A stretch of 64,000 nt of DNA, from the NCBI GenBank assembly GCA_047967505.1, contig CM106538.1. One strand, 5' to 3'. The DNA comes from Dipteris shenzhenensis. Lineage: Eukaryota. Position numbers and translations under genes: made by a program. The number at the start of each line of letters is the position of its first letter. Positions within the stretch are counted from its first letter, which is position 1. Below are positions 1 through 13,669 of the stretch, piece after piece. The notes below the pieces were generated by a model that did not search any database, was not told the origin of the DNA, and saw only the letters and a list, made by a program, of their open reading frames with translations.

Positions 1-3000
1 GGGATGGATTAAGGAGCAAGGGTAAGATGCCACGTGCCCTACTCAATGCATTCTTAAGGTTTTTCCAAATGTTTCCAGCTCCCTGCTCATTGCATATAAA
101 GATGTGATCTTTCCAAATCATGCTGCCTCCTTCTCGCATATTGTTGATCTGCTACAATGCCTTCCATCCACTCGCTTTCTTCCTATCTTCCCTTGTGATC
201 CGCCACACCGATTTGCTTGTGTACATTTCCCTCGCTGCGAAGTGAATGCACTCTGTCGTGAAATATAGCAATAGATGTGTCGTTTTAATTACGAGGACAT
301 GCCTCACTGCTAATGGATTTTGGTAGGGGGTCAGCATGGAATGGACAATGTTACATGCTACATATCTGGATTGATTGCTTTGCTCCTTCTAGTGAAAAAA
401 ACATTTTCGTGACTGCTCTTATTCCAGGTCACGATCCTCAGGGCGCCGCTCTTCCTCCGCCATACCCACAAACTCCTCTTCTAGGATCGAGAGGTATGAG
501 GGAGTGGAAAGAATAAGTTGGTGCCCCTCATTTCTCATTCCAGGATCATGAGAGGATGGTGGCCTTTGAGGGTGGCTGGGTGGAGGAGGTGGCAAGCAAG
601 GGGGAGGGGCAGGGTTGAGGTCGACGAGGTGATCGCAGCAGTGAGGCAGAGGGGAGGGAGTGAGAGGGTGATCACAACGAGGCTAAGGGGAGGGGCAAAG
701 GAACGTTAAAGGTTAATTAGATTAGCTTAATTGACATTAGGGGGTTTAGCATAGGTTAATGTTTTAATTAAATTGCCAACTGATTTTTTCAATGAATCAT
801 GAAAATTTTGTAACTTTTTTTAATCCAATCCAAATTCCTAATGCCAAGACAATTGAAATAGAAAATTACAAACCTAATGCAAAAATTTTGATGCAAATTC
901 AATGCTCGAGCACAAAGTTAGAGAAATTTTAGAATTAGTAGAGCCATTAGTATTATCTATTTCAATGAGAGAAGGTCAAACATTAAAATACAAAATAAGT
1001 TTTAAGGTAAAGAGGAATATAGATTTCAATTGCTAAATTTATTAAAAATTTTCTCATCATATCTTCTAACATTAAAATAAAGAAAAATTAATTTGGTGAT
1101 GACATGTGGCAAGAAAAAAATTTCTACAAGCAAAGTTTTACAAACCAAGCTTACAAAAAAACATGCGTAGTCCATAATAATGGGGGTAACATTAAAATTC
1201 CATGTTAATTACAGGTTCTGTTTGTGTGTGTATGTGTGCATGAGTGCATGTTTGCACATGCATGCGTACGAGATGCCTACATCGATGTGTATGTGCATGC
1301 ACATTCCGTGTGCATGTGCGAATGCATGCACACATTTGTGCATGTATGCATGCGTAGATGCATCTGTGTGTGTGTGCGCGGGTATGCACGTGGGAGAGAG
1401 ACACTCATGTATGACCAACTTCCATTTTCATCTAAATACCCTTACACATTTTCCACAATCCTCATCACATATTCAACTATTTGCTGAATAAAACACATGA
1501 CACTTTACTATGGGTTATCTCTATAGAAGTCAATTGATCTCTCCAAGTCTATGACAAATCATTAAAGGACATGATGATAATTCCATCAAATGGGATTATT
1601 GTATGCATATATATGTATGTGTAGAGAATCACAAAGTAGTATTTTACACAACCCACTAGTTGTGCAATCTATAATGCTCTTGTCTCAAGGATAGAGTTTC
1701 AACATGGAAAAAGGTTCTTCCTCCTTTTTCCCTAATTATTGGTCATTTGTAAAGTGGAACATGCACATTTTGGCATTTTCAAACATGCAAAAGTGTGTAT
1801 TACTTATCTGTATGTGTTTGATGGTTAAGGCACTTTGAACAAACCTTTGAATAAGTATTTTCCATAAACTTGTATTTTTCCCTAAGATTTTTATGAAATT
1901 GGAGATTGCACAGCCAAAATTAATGAAATCTATGTAGTCATTTGTGTGGTGCACCTTGCACATTTTCTCTATGTTCTTCTTTTACTTTTTCTCAAGTTTG
2001 AGTGCATAATTGCCAAAAAGTTGTGTAATGATATGCGTATATCATAGATGTACATTATTGTACACTGCTGATGGTCACGAAACTTTGAAAAAACTTTTCA
2101 ATGAGTAAGTCACTTATACTTGAAAAGATTCATAATAATACGTGTCACGTATATGGTGGGATATGCACATCTTCTCATTTTCAAACAAGCTATACATTGC
2201 ATAAGCACCCAAAACATGTGCATCCATACACTTATACCCAATGTGTATATTGGAGATGGTCACCAAACTTTGCAAAGACCTTTTAATGATTAACGACAAG
2301 CAACCAATCACCCAAGTTCCCCAACGCTACTCTTGGGCCTTAGAACAATAACCCCTTCCCCATGAGGGAGCTTAGTCAACCAATTATTCCAACATTTACT
2401 TTTGAAAACTCATTCTATTAAGCCTACATGATCTCAAGTGACATCCCTAAATCATCTTCTAAGGAAATTATAGTACTACACTAGTAAAAAAGTGGTCCAC
2501 CTTACTATGTACCAACCCATTTAAAGTTATCATCACTACTCCACCTAAATGGAGTAACTCTAATCCACTCTTTTTACGAAAGATGTAACATTGATCCACA
2601 TTTTGAGCTTAACCCAAGTTACTCCCAAGTCCAATGCAACATAATATGTGGATAACAAATTTTCTTTCCACAAGATAGATCCCACCTACTAAAAACTCTT
2701 ATTCATGTCTACTATCATGAAGGTGCACTAAGAGCTAACTCAATATATTGAGGACATAGCATTATCAACTCAAGTGCACCAAATTTCAACCTTATTGGAA
2801 CTCAGAGCTCTTCTTATTGTCACAAGTAAAAATAATTGATATTGTAAAAGGTGATTCACTACTACACATGGATCCTATTGCGATGTTTACGTACCGACGT
2901 TTAGCGCTCGCTTAGTGTTAATCGTCGGTATGAAAAGCGGGTTTCCTAAATCGTCACTATATAGCGACTGTTGGTAAAAGTCGCTATATAGTGACTTTTA

Positions 3001-3590
3001 AGTATCGCTATATAGCGACACTGATATACAAATTTATAGCGACGTTTTTACAGAGATTTTTTTTAAAAAAAAGGCCTTAAAAGTTAGTTTTTTCCAATGA
3101 CAAAATTTTTTAAATTTTCATACATGTTTGAGCTCATAGAGAATTAAAAAATGAGAGCATGTACATCAAGCCTTTGAAGCTCATATATTCATGTCCAAGT
3201 TTGAGATGAGAAAAATCAAATAAGAGCATTTACATCAACTGTTTCATCTTGATCCAAGTCTAAGGTGCCAACAAGTACATCTCCAGCTCTATACCAAGTT
3301 GATCTCCTATATCATCATCGTACTCTAGCATCGTACGTTCACCTAAAAGTATTTGATCATCTTCTTCAATAAAGCTTAAGTGTGGTGATTCTTGATGATT
3401 GTTAACACTTATTTCATTAATTTTCGACTTGTCAATGTACAAATTCATTTTTACATATACTTTTGGACTAGTTTTCAGATAAAATTTAAGAAAAACCCAA
3501 TCTTCAAAGCACATATAAAAACATAAAAACAAGCATTTTTTTATATATTTTTTAAGGACATGAAACTAAAATTATAAAATTTAACGCAGC

Positions 3591-3803
3591 CTACATAAGT
3601 TACATGAAAAAATAAGATTCAGTTGTTGTAAACTCTCTTAATATTTAATGGTGTTAATAAACACCTTCAAAAGTTAAGCCTGAGATTTTCAAGACTACAT
3701 AAGTTACAACGAAAAATAAGATTCGGTTGTTGTAAACTCTCTTAATATTTAATGGTGTTAATAAACACCTTCAAAAGTTAAGCCTGAGATTTTCAAGACT
3801 ACA
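3591..3803. repeat. Tandem duplication of ~105 bp near the left end of the giant element
   Basis: CTACATAAGTTACA...GAGATTTTCAAGA occurs twice in tandem. Confidence 0.85.
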
Positions 3804-3831
3804 GCCATTCAATTTGATGAATTTTCTATTT

Positions 3832-4266
3832 TCAAGTCCTTAGCCTAAATTCAACCCATTCAAGAGCTGAGCTCATCTCTTCCTCATCGAAGTAGTTAAA
3901 ATTATAGAAGAGAAGTAAGGATTGATGAATTTTCTCCTGCATAACACTTTGTTTGTTCTGAATGGCTTGCGCTTCCTCGGGGGAAAATCTTCCATAACGA
4001 GCCACACGCGAAGATATCTCACTTTGAAAGTCTATCAACTCTCTCCTATATGACTGCAATTTATCTATTTCAGTAGTAGCCATACTTATTTTTCTTTCCT
4101 CTTCCTTCTCTAAGCCCTTCTGACAAGCAAAGTCATCCTTCTCGTACTAGGTTAATGGAGCTGGATTTTGCTTTCTCTCCTCTCTCTTTCCTTGGTTCTT
4201 GGCAATCCATTCTTTGAGGCTGCTAATGGCTTGCTCGACAGAATCGATTACCTTAAAAAGATCCAT
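3832..4266 (-). pseudogene. Small ~144-aa helical/charged ORF in the giant element with one in-frame stop; function unknown
   Basis: MDLFKVIDSVEQAISSLKEW... (ATG 4266) and MATTEIDKLQ... (4083-3832) share a frame, separated by a TAG at 4147-4149. Confidence 0.45.
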
Positions 4267-4269
4267 AAT

Positions 4270-4710
4270 GGCTGCAAGATGAAAGGAGTATGCTTGAGAA
4301 GAGGAGGTAAGGTTGCGGGCAAGATAGAAGGAGCAAGCTTGAGGAGAGGAGTAAGGTAAGAAGAGTAAAGTGGAAGAAGTGTGGAGAGGAGTAAGGTAAG
4401 AAGAGTAAAGTGGAAGAAGTTTTTGCTGCGGGTGAGATATAGAAGACGAACGAGGTGAGGAATGTAACAAGAGTGAGGAAAGATATAGAAGACGAACGAG
4501 GTGAGGAAGATAACGAGAGTGAGGAAGGTAAGTAGAGGAGGTAAGGCAAGATGAAAGGAGTATGCTTGAGAAGAGGAGGCAAGGCTGCGGGCAAGATGGA
4601 AGGAGCAAGCTTGAGGAGAGGAAGGAGCAAGCTTGAGGAGAGGAGTAAGGTAAGAAGAGCAAAGTGGAAGAAGTGTCTGCTGCGGGTGAGATATAGAAGA
4701 TGAACGACTA
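4270..4710. repeat. GA-rich degenerate tandem repeats
   Basis: Recurring GGAGAGGAGTAAGGTAAGAAGAG, GGAGCAAGCTTGAGGAGAGG and GATATAGAAGACGAACGA units. Confidence 0.8.
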
Positions 4711-5284
4711 CTAGGGAATTTATAGAACTACAGATGCAAGACCGTAATGCGAGATGACTAGATGCAAGATCGTAATGCGAGACATTATAAAATAAAATGA
4801 TGGGATGCAAGACCGTAATGGGAGACATTTGAGACATATAAGATAGTGATAGTACATTCAAATCTATAAAATAAAATGATGGAACACAAGAATGATATAA
4901 TTAATAGAATCTCATCATGAGATATTCTTTTAATATTTAATATAAGTTAGTAATTATTAGAATCTCATCATGAGATATTCTTTTAATATAATATAAGTTA
5001 GACTTGCTGTACATAATAAATGATAGATTTTGAGTACATTGAAATCTATAAAATAAAGTGATGGAACATAAGAATGATATAATTATTAGATTCTCATCAT
5101 AAGATATTTATTGTACATAATAAATTAGACTTTCAAAAAAGTAAAACCTAATGTATTGTAATAAATAAATATCATAAAATATCCTAATGTATTGCAACAT
5201 TTAACATAAGTTTTAAAAACACTATCATTAATCAATACAAACAAGATAAAAATCTTCAAGGACTCATGTTTCTTTCTACATGTT

Positions 5285-8200
5285 TTACAACTGAATAGAC
5301 TCTGATGAGTCCTCTTGAGGCTGTGATTCTCTAAGAGTACATTGAGTCTCTACTTGTGTGGATGATGTACATTGAGATTCTACTTCTGGTGCAATTGGGA
5401 TAGACTTAATCTCTTCCTCGTTTACAAGATGTGATGTTGTAGATGCACATTGAGTCTCCACTTCTTGTGTAGGAAGAATGCATTGAGTCTCTAATTCAAG
5501 TGTAGACTGTAATGCTTCTACTTGAGGCTGTGATACAGAAGGAGACTGAATTGTCTCTTCTTTTTCTTTGGCTCCCTCAGGTTCTTCATTGAGTCCATCA
5601 TGTTGTTTCCCAATGATAGCAGTTAGATAGTGAACAGTCTTAGCCACAAAATCTTGTAGCTCGAGCTTGGTATATGCTTCTATGGAGACATGTTCAAAAA
5701 TTTCATTGAGATACAACATGAAGTTGTAGGCAATTCTCCACCCACTACTAAACATGTCTTTTTGCTCCACTGTGAGGCGTGTCTGGAAATTTGGTTGGTC
5801 TTGATGCTCCCTAATTTTCATAATCGCAGAAACTAACTTGTTTGCAGACCTGTCCATCATGACATATGACAAAGTGAATTTGTGTAGTAAATAGTAAGAT
5901 GCATGTACATAATGATATGATAAAAGAACACTTACCTGAACACCCTGTGAAAGCCTGTAATTGAGTTGACAAACCAACAATGGTTGTCATCAAGGTCCCA
6001 TACTATCAGGCTCCAATGTGAACTACATCACCAATAAAGAGCGATAAGATTTATCACAATATTAAGTATTAATTGACACAATATTATAAATAAGAGAGTA
6101 AAAGAAAGATTGAGACCATACTTACTTCTCATAGTATGGCATAAAGACAAGTAGTATGCCATCCAAGTCTAAAGGTTGTAGAATTGAACAAACATCATCT
6201 ACTGTCTTCTTGGTATCACTAAGTACAGCTGAAAGAATCGAGCATACAGACGTGATTCTGTACTGATCTAGGAAAATGAGATATAACCGTACTGCAGCAA
6301 TAAATAAACAAATGTTAGAAGCAGATTGAATCAAATGATTGAAGTATCAAGTCAAGAGATGTTCATATCAAACCTGAGGATGGCCATCATGACTTTGTCA
6401 TTAGCCTCTTTCAAAGGGTCGCAGAGGATTGTAACTTCCTCGCTACCAAAAGTCAAAACACGAGGTTGCTTGCTAATGATGACCTTAACCTCAGAAGAGC
6501 TCCCCATTTCGTCCAATACAGCGGTTACATCAGGACAACTTATGGGCGTAGCAACCAATGTTTCCTCTGGATGCTCCACCACGTTATCAATAAATGCCTT
6601 AATGATAGATGACATAAATGCATATAGATGCAAGTCTGTATATGTGGACAATGAGGTTTCACCGCCTCTCAAATTAAAAATTTGAGCAAGGAGCAAAAAG
6701 CAGTTATATCCAACTCTCCACCCACAATTGTGGTCATCATTCTGCTTCGCTGCAGGGCATGTTACATACTCTATTTGATCTTCCAAGTCACCCTCCATTT
6801 GCATAAGTGCATCTATAGCACTTACCAACTTTCGAGCAGATCTACACATCAAAATAGAAAACATAAATGAATGTGCGCATTGCATAGGATGCATCTCATT
6901 GACATAATTATGACACAAGTAGGTTATACTTACTCTGACACACTGCCATGGATAGATGCTATTGAATTGACAAAGAAGCATTGCTTGGCTAAGATGTCCA
7001 CAATTACCAAGCTCCAATGCAAGCTGCATTATCAATTAAGAATAATTATTATTTGATATAATCCTCCACAATGTAAGAGATAAGCTAGGTAGGGATTGAT
7101 ACTCACTCCTCGTGATATGCAGTAAAGATAACTCACGCCGCAGTCAAATCAATAGGTTGCAACCACTTAAAAACATCATCTATGGTCTTCTGCTTATTAC
7201 TAAGTACACTAGAAATAAGAGGATCGACCATATATGCACATCTTTGTATATATAGCGGAAGCTGTTGTAAAACCATACTGCAATAAAAAGAAAAGAATAT
7301 TAGTTCATTTGATCCAATGGAAATACAAAAGCATAAAGTCAGTAAAAAGTTTGTGTCAAACCTGAGGATGGCTATTATAACCTTGTCATTGACCTCTTTC
7401 TTGAAGTTTATGAGGATTGAAATGTCCTCTTCATCGAATATAAAAGTAAGAGGTTGTTCTCGAACTTGAAACCTAACTTGAAATGACTTCTCCATTTGCT
7501 GCAATGTATGATTATTTTCTAGAGTCATCCGACGGATAGCCAGTGCAGCTTTGCTTTCTTGAGATGAGCTTTCTATATTCTCTGCTCCAACTATGTCCTC
7601 CTCATCCTCCTCCTCTCCCTTCTCCTATAAAAGGATAAAATAATTATGAGATTCAAAATTTTAAATTAATTATAAATTTAAAAAGACCTTTAAATGAATA
7701 AAGAAAATTAAACATAAGTCTTCATACCTCTACATATCTTCGTGGTCTTTTTATGTAACCTTCAGAGGCAAGGTCAGTGTCATATCCATCTTCTTCTGCT
7801 TCCTTGCTATCGCTGGTGTCCTCACTATTATATCCAGAGCTTTGATCATTTTCATCATCTTTCTTGCTCTCATCATACATGATCATCTCTATGTCATCCT
7901 CTTCATGTGAGCTTCATGTGAGATCGGACCTTTCTTATCAAACTTTATTGTGAGAGAAGCCACGGTATCAAGGTATTCCAAGCAAGCAGGACTCTCAATA
8001 ATATTTACATTGTGTCATTTTCTGATAAGAGCTTCAAACAGATGTCCCATTCGGCACAATGTGACTTCCCATCTGGACGGTAGCAAAAATTCCATCATAC
8101 TAATTAAAAGATCAGCACTTTTTACTGGCCTTTCATAGTGATTTGCGTTGCGATGGAGGGGACTTGGAGCTTCATGCTCTTCCAGCAGTAGTTGCAATCT

Positions 8201-11200
8201 CTTTGCATTCCCTCTTATATTGTTTTGTAAGGAGTGATCATTGTAAGGGCTCTTCATGCACAAGAAAAAGGTTTCTAGACTCTGTATCTTGAGACCGCAT
8301 TCTCTCTTGTCCCTTTTTCTTGAGTATATCCCATTGTAAATCTTGAGCTCATTGCCATATTGTTTTTTTAGAGTAGCAGACATTTGTTCCTTGTCATCTT
8401 TATCAGCAAATATGACTATATTACATTGTCCCACTCTACCAATGGTGGTATGTAATATTCTGTCAAGGAGTTGACGGATGTCATCCGGTGATATTTCATA
8501 GACAAAGAAAAGCTGAGGTCTCTCCCAAGCAGTGTCATCGGACAAAAAATCACTCAATGAAACTCCATTGCACTCAACACTCTTTCCAGACTCTGAAATG
8601 ATTTCATGTATGAAATAAAAGCCCTTGTTCAAAGTTTTTTCTTTTTTGAGAGTGTGGTTATTGATGACTTTTTGTGCATATGCATACACATTTTCCGGAA
8701 TGTCACTTCTCATAGAGGGAGTAATTTCAGATCCATCATCTTCTACCTTCACCCATTTATGCGCCCAAGCCTTCTGTTTAGCTGACGATAAAGCTGATGC
8801 CATCTGCCTCACAATGTTATGATCAATTTTACATTGGCTAATTGGAATATTTTTTTCTCCCAATAAATATTCAATTGCACTCTTAACTGCATCACGCTTG
8901 ACCTGTTGGATGATGCAATCGTCCATGCAATGATCTTTATCCTTTTTGCCAAAAAACCATTCTTTGGACATTAATTTCTCTGCAGCAAGACTTGCGTATT
9001 TGTCTGGTAGGTTTCTTAAAGGCCTCCACATCCGAGCTGTCATCTCTTTTTTCTCAATCTTCTTTGCCTTCTCTTTAATCAATGATGGAGCCTCATATGT
9101 AACATCTCCTTTCTCACATGCAAGACACACGTCTTTGATCTGATGAAAAACTTCATCACTACAAAAAAGTATGCTTGTGTAGTCTTGATACCTATCCCTT
9201 ATTGTCTTGAAGCTTGTAATCACCTCTACTCTTTCCTGCTTTCCCCTTGGTACAATGGCACTCAAGCATGTGTAGAAGTCAACAAGATTATCCGCTTCCA
9301 CTTTAGTTGCAGTTCTTTTGAGAGTGGTCAAAGGAGAATTAAAATTTTTCCATATGGTCCTAGCTTTGAGTAACATCTCTGAAGTGGAGGTGATTTTTCG
9401 TAGTGCATAAATGTCATGATTAACTCTTTCCGACTCAATCAAATATTTTTTCTCGTTCTTGAAGATACAGATGGATGCAGAATAGTAGTGAAATTGAGGC
9501 ACACTCGCGAAGGTTTGATAAGTAATTTCTCCTTTCTTGTATGCATCTCTAGAGCGCTCATTACAAGCATAGGCATAGTGCTGACCATCTATTGCCTCAA
9601 ATGTACAATGAGCTAAGAAATTTCTCTTGGCATCCCTTATATGTCGTTCTGGATCATTCACTGAATTCTGTCCTTCTTGAAGTGAGGGAACTTGTTTTTC
9701 GAGAAACTTAGTGAATTGTATCTCAAAATCTATAGGCTGAGAGAAATTGATGGATTGACTATAATCTCCCATGACTGGCCAAAATGTTCTTGGACGGAGT
9801 ACCAAATTAGAAACAACTGGTTTTTTTCCATCAATCAAAGCCTGAAAAATCTTTTCAGCATAGGCTATATCTAAGGTCCTGCTGTTGGTGAAGACACTTG
9901 CTTTGACCACTGTTGAAGCATGTATAACTTGAGTCTTCTGGCCCCATATATATCCTGGATCCTCATCTGTCACAGCCTCGAGGAACTTAGTGAATTGCAT
10001 CTCAAAATCTATAGGCTGAGAGAAATTGATGGATTGACTATAATCTCCCATGACTGGCCCAAATGTTCTTGGATGGAGTACCAAATTAGAAACAACTGGT
10101 TTTTTTCCATCAATCAAAGCCTGAAAAATCTTTTCAGCATAGGCTGTATCTAAGGTCCTGCTGTTGGTGAAGACATTTGCTTTGACCACTGTTGAAGCAT
10201 GTATAACTTGAGTATTCAGGCCCCATATATATCCTGGATCCTCATCTGTCACAGCCTCATTCAAGCAAAGATTTAGGTTCTTCATTGATAACATTTCTGC
10301 TTCCAAATCTGACTCCATTTCAAGACCCTCCGCATCCTCTTCATGTTCTTCCTCTTCTCTTCTTTGCCCTTTCTTTGTATATGAACGACCTCTTTTTCCA
10401 GTTATAGGACTTGGAACTGTAGCTCGTGAAGTACTTGCCTTTTGCATTTAACGTCGAGGTTTATTTTTTAGGGGCTCAATGTGAACTGCTTTAGATCGCC
10501 CTACTTCTTCTTCTATTGCCTCAACTTCAGGTATACTTAAGGGCTTCACTTGTTCTGTTATTCCATCAACTTCATGAGTTACACCAGTAATACCATGAAC
10601 AAGAGATGTGTGTGCATGTCCTGTCTTATCTGATGCATGTCGTGTCTCACTCAATTCAATTTCTGTCTGAGATGCATGTGCATGTCTGGTCTCCACCAAT
10701 TCAATTCTTGTCTCAGATGTAGATCCCTTGTAAGCATCCATGTGTACAAGACCCTCATCCATTGCTACAATGTGTTCTGTCTCATCCACTCCACTTCCTC
10801 TCTCATTTGTATTACCATGAACCAGGTCTACATGGCGTGTCTCATCACTTCCTTTCTCATGTGTGGATTCTTGCACCTTAGGTCCCTCCAATGAAGTTGA
10901 ACCTTGTTGGATGACACCCTGAAAGTATTCAAGGATAATCTTTGACTGCATTTTTCTTGCTTCCTCAATGGGAAATTCCTCCCACACATGTTGAAGGATC
11001 TCCAATGTAGGAACCAATTCAGGCAATCTAGGTGCTTTTGGTGGCGGCATCACAAAGTGCATTGCATCTTTCTTAGAAAGAAGAAACGATCTGTTGCTCA
11101 TTCTTGACTTTGTGTAAATCATCATTGTACTGCTGTCTTTTTCAATTTTTATTCCTACTAAGGTGCCCCCTTGAATCAAATTGCTCTTTGAGAAAGATAC

Positions 11201-11395
11201 ATTTGATGCACACTCATCTTTCTCCAACTCTCTCTTTGTCATCACTAGAATGAGATTTCCTTTACTTAAGACCAAGAACCATGCTTTCTTTGTTGTGTCA
11301 ACAACTGTCCAGTTTGTAAAGTCCTTTGGGGCATAAATTCTTCCATTGTATTTCAGTGTCATACCATTGACAAATGCTGTAGCCTCAAGATCCAT
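5285..11395 (-). pseudogene. Large cargo gene of the giant element: N-terminal region, ParB/DGQH-like region, acidic linker, two tandem Ulp1/C48-like protease domains (probably one spliced gene, now disrupted)
   Basis: AG acceptor just before ATG at 11395. ORFs 10448-11410 and 8015-10447 share a frame with one TAA between them. FEAIDGQHY motif. Spliced exons give LHWSLVIVD...VNS...QNDDHNCGW (His 7017-7019, Cys 6724-6726) and MPYYENSHWSLIVWD...VNS...QKDMFSSGW (His 6016-6018, Ser 5744-5746). Joining of the two halves through acidic exons (7530-7950) is inferred. Confidence 0.7.
9699..10258. repeat. In-frame 279-bp (93-aa) tandem duplication in the cargo ORF
   Basis: EAVTDEDPGYIWG...QFTKFLE occurs twice, offset 279 bp. 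Confidence 0.95.
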
Positions 11396-12449
11396 CCTGT
11401 ATTCAAGCACAACACAAATTTTAAGTACTTTGACAAACTACAATTACTTTGAAAAATCAAAAGTACAATGAGTCCCATTAATACACCTCAAGTTTTTATT
11501 CTTCCCAATCATATAAGTATCAATTTCATGCTTTGGGAATAGCCTAAAAGGCTTTACAACGCTTAGAGCATAAATGCTTTGGGAATAGCCTAAAAGGCTT
11601 TACAAGGCTTAGAGCATAAATGTGAAAAAAAATAAGGATTTACAATGATCTCTGAATACAAATTTGAAGTCTGTCATATATAAGTGCAAAATGCTCTGTC
11701 AACTCCCGCAACTGATATAAGTGTAAAATGCTCTGTCAACTTCCACAACTGTAATCTGTCATGTCCACTGATACAACTTTCAATCATCTTGAAAGTTTAA
11801 AAACCTTAATCGTTGCTTAAATGGTAGGGTTGTTGTGACTGTGAAACCGAATGTGAACGAATGGACTGACTCCGATTAGGAACTAGTCGGGAAATTTTGA
11901 GCATGGCTTTGATTGGTTTTTTTGGAGTTCTCTCCTCTAAGGACAAACTAATCTATGCTAATCTAGACTACACCAACCGTCGAAGCGAAGAAAAGCAAGA
12001 AATAATTTCTTTTCCATTGTTCTTTTTAATATCCTTAGGTTGCGAATTAAAAGCAAAAAATAATCTATTTTCCATTATTCTTTTTAATACACTAAGGTTG
12101 TGAGTTTAAAAAAGATAAAATTTGTATTTTATCTTTTTTAAACTCACACCCCTTTCTCTCTCTCTCCCCCCCTTCTCTCCCCCCCCTTCTCTCTCGCTGC
12201 CGCCCCCATCCTCCCACCCCACCTTCCCCATTCTCACTCCCACGCCCACGTCCATTCTTTCACCTTCCCCATTCCCATTCCCTCTCCCACTCCCATCCTC
12301 CCACCCCTTTCTCTCTCTCTCCCCCCCCATTCTCTCTCGCTGCCATGGCAGCGGCCCCCCCTTCTCTCTCTCTCCCTTCCCCTTCTCGTTTTAAAAAAGA
12401 TAAAATTTATATTTTCAAAAACTAATTTACTTACAACTCATAAGAATTG

Positions 12450-13610
12450 AACATTCACATTAATAAGAAGTTAAAATCTTAATAAATTTGAATTTAAATA
12501 ATAAAAACTATAAAGTAGTTTAACTTAAAGTTTATGAAAAAATAACGTAAAATAAAGAAAACAAGACTTAAAATTAAAAATTTAATATTTACCTACATTC
12601 ACATTAATAAGAAGTTAAAATCTTAATAAATTTGAATTTAAATAATAAAAACTATAAAGTAGTTTAACTTAAAGTTTATGAAAAAACAACGTAAAATAAA
12701 GAAAACAAGACTTAAAATTAAAAATTTAATATTTACCTAGAAGAATATATTAATTCTCCCTAAAAAGAAATAAATTAAAGTAATAATAACGAATGTAAGT
12801 TAAACTACTTTTAAAATTTTAATTTAAAATGTAATAAAATTAAAATTATACTTTTTATATTCCAAAACAAAATGCATTATAGTCTAAATTAAACTAGTAA
12901 ATTAAAAATGAAAGTGAAACTCATTTTAAATTCAAAAACAAAGAAAAATTTAAAATTCAAGTTTCTACAAGTTTTGCTTTTAGCATACATTTGTCTTTTC
13001 ACATCCACGCATTTGTCTTTTGAAACACAAGGTTGTCTTTTATCACAATTTTCACATCCACGCGTTTGTCTTTTGAAACACAAGGTTGTCTTTTATCACA
13101 ATTTTCAAGTTTTCACACATTTATCTTTTCAAACACAAGGATTCATAGTTTAAAAAAAGGCGAGAAATTTGAAATTCTAGTTTCCACACGTTTCTCTTTT
13201 CAAACACCAAGGTTTATAGTTTTGTTTGTTTAAGTTTCGACTAAATCACACACCAATCTCCTCTAATATGCCTCATTGATCGTAGCTCCCAAATTCTTCC
13301 ATCAAAACATCTCTCCTTTATCTCTTCTTGACCGTCGCCCACTCATTTTTTCTCCTCATTGGTAAGATTTTTTATCTCGATCGTACTTTCTCTTGTGCCC
13401 TTCCTCTCTGAATTTTCATCAAACACCAAGGTTTATAGTTTTGTTTGTTTAAGTTTCGAATAAATCACATACCAATCTCCTCTCATATGCCTCATTGATC
13501 GTAGCTCCTTTATCTTGTCTCGATCGTCGCCCACTCATTTCTCCTCTTCATTGGTAAGATTTTCTATCTCGATCGTACTTTCTCGTGTCCTCCTCTCTAA
13601 ATTTTCATCT
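12450..13610. repeat. AT-rich region with local tandem duplications (~145 bp at 12450-12740; ~220 bp at 13200-13610)
   Basis: ACATTCACATTAATAAGAAG... twice; CAAACACCAAGGTTTATAGTTTTG... twice. Confidence 0.8.
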
Positions 13611-13669
13611 CTCTCACTCTTCTCTCTCTCTCTTTCCTCTCCGCTCTAGTCTACGTTTCCTCTCATCTT

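Noticed and set aside
152-709. Short ORFs at the window start as host genes (also 46980-47538 and 50921-51139)
   Set aside because: No recognisable motifs, short, and disrupted by an insertion in copy B; cannot be supported.
1180-1491. Cys/His-rich ORFs (also 51610-51921)
   Set aside because: Translation of degenerate TG/CA/ATGC simple repeats.
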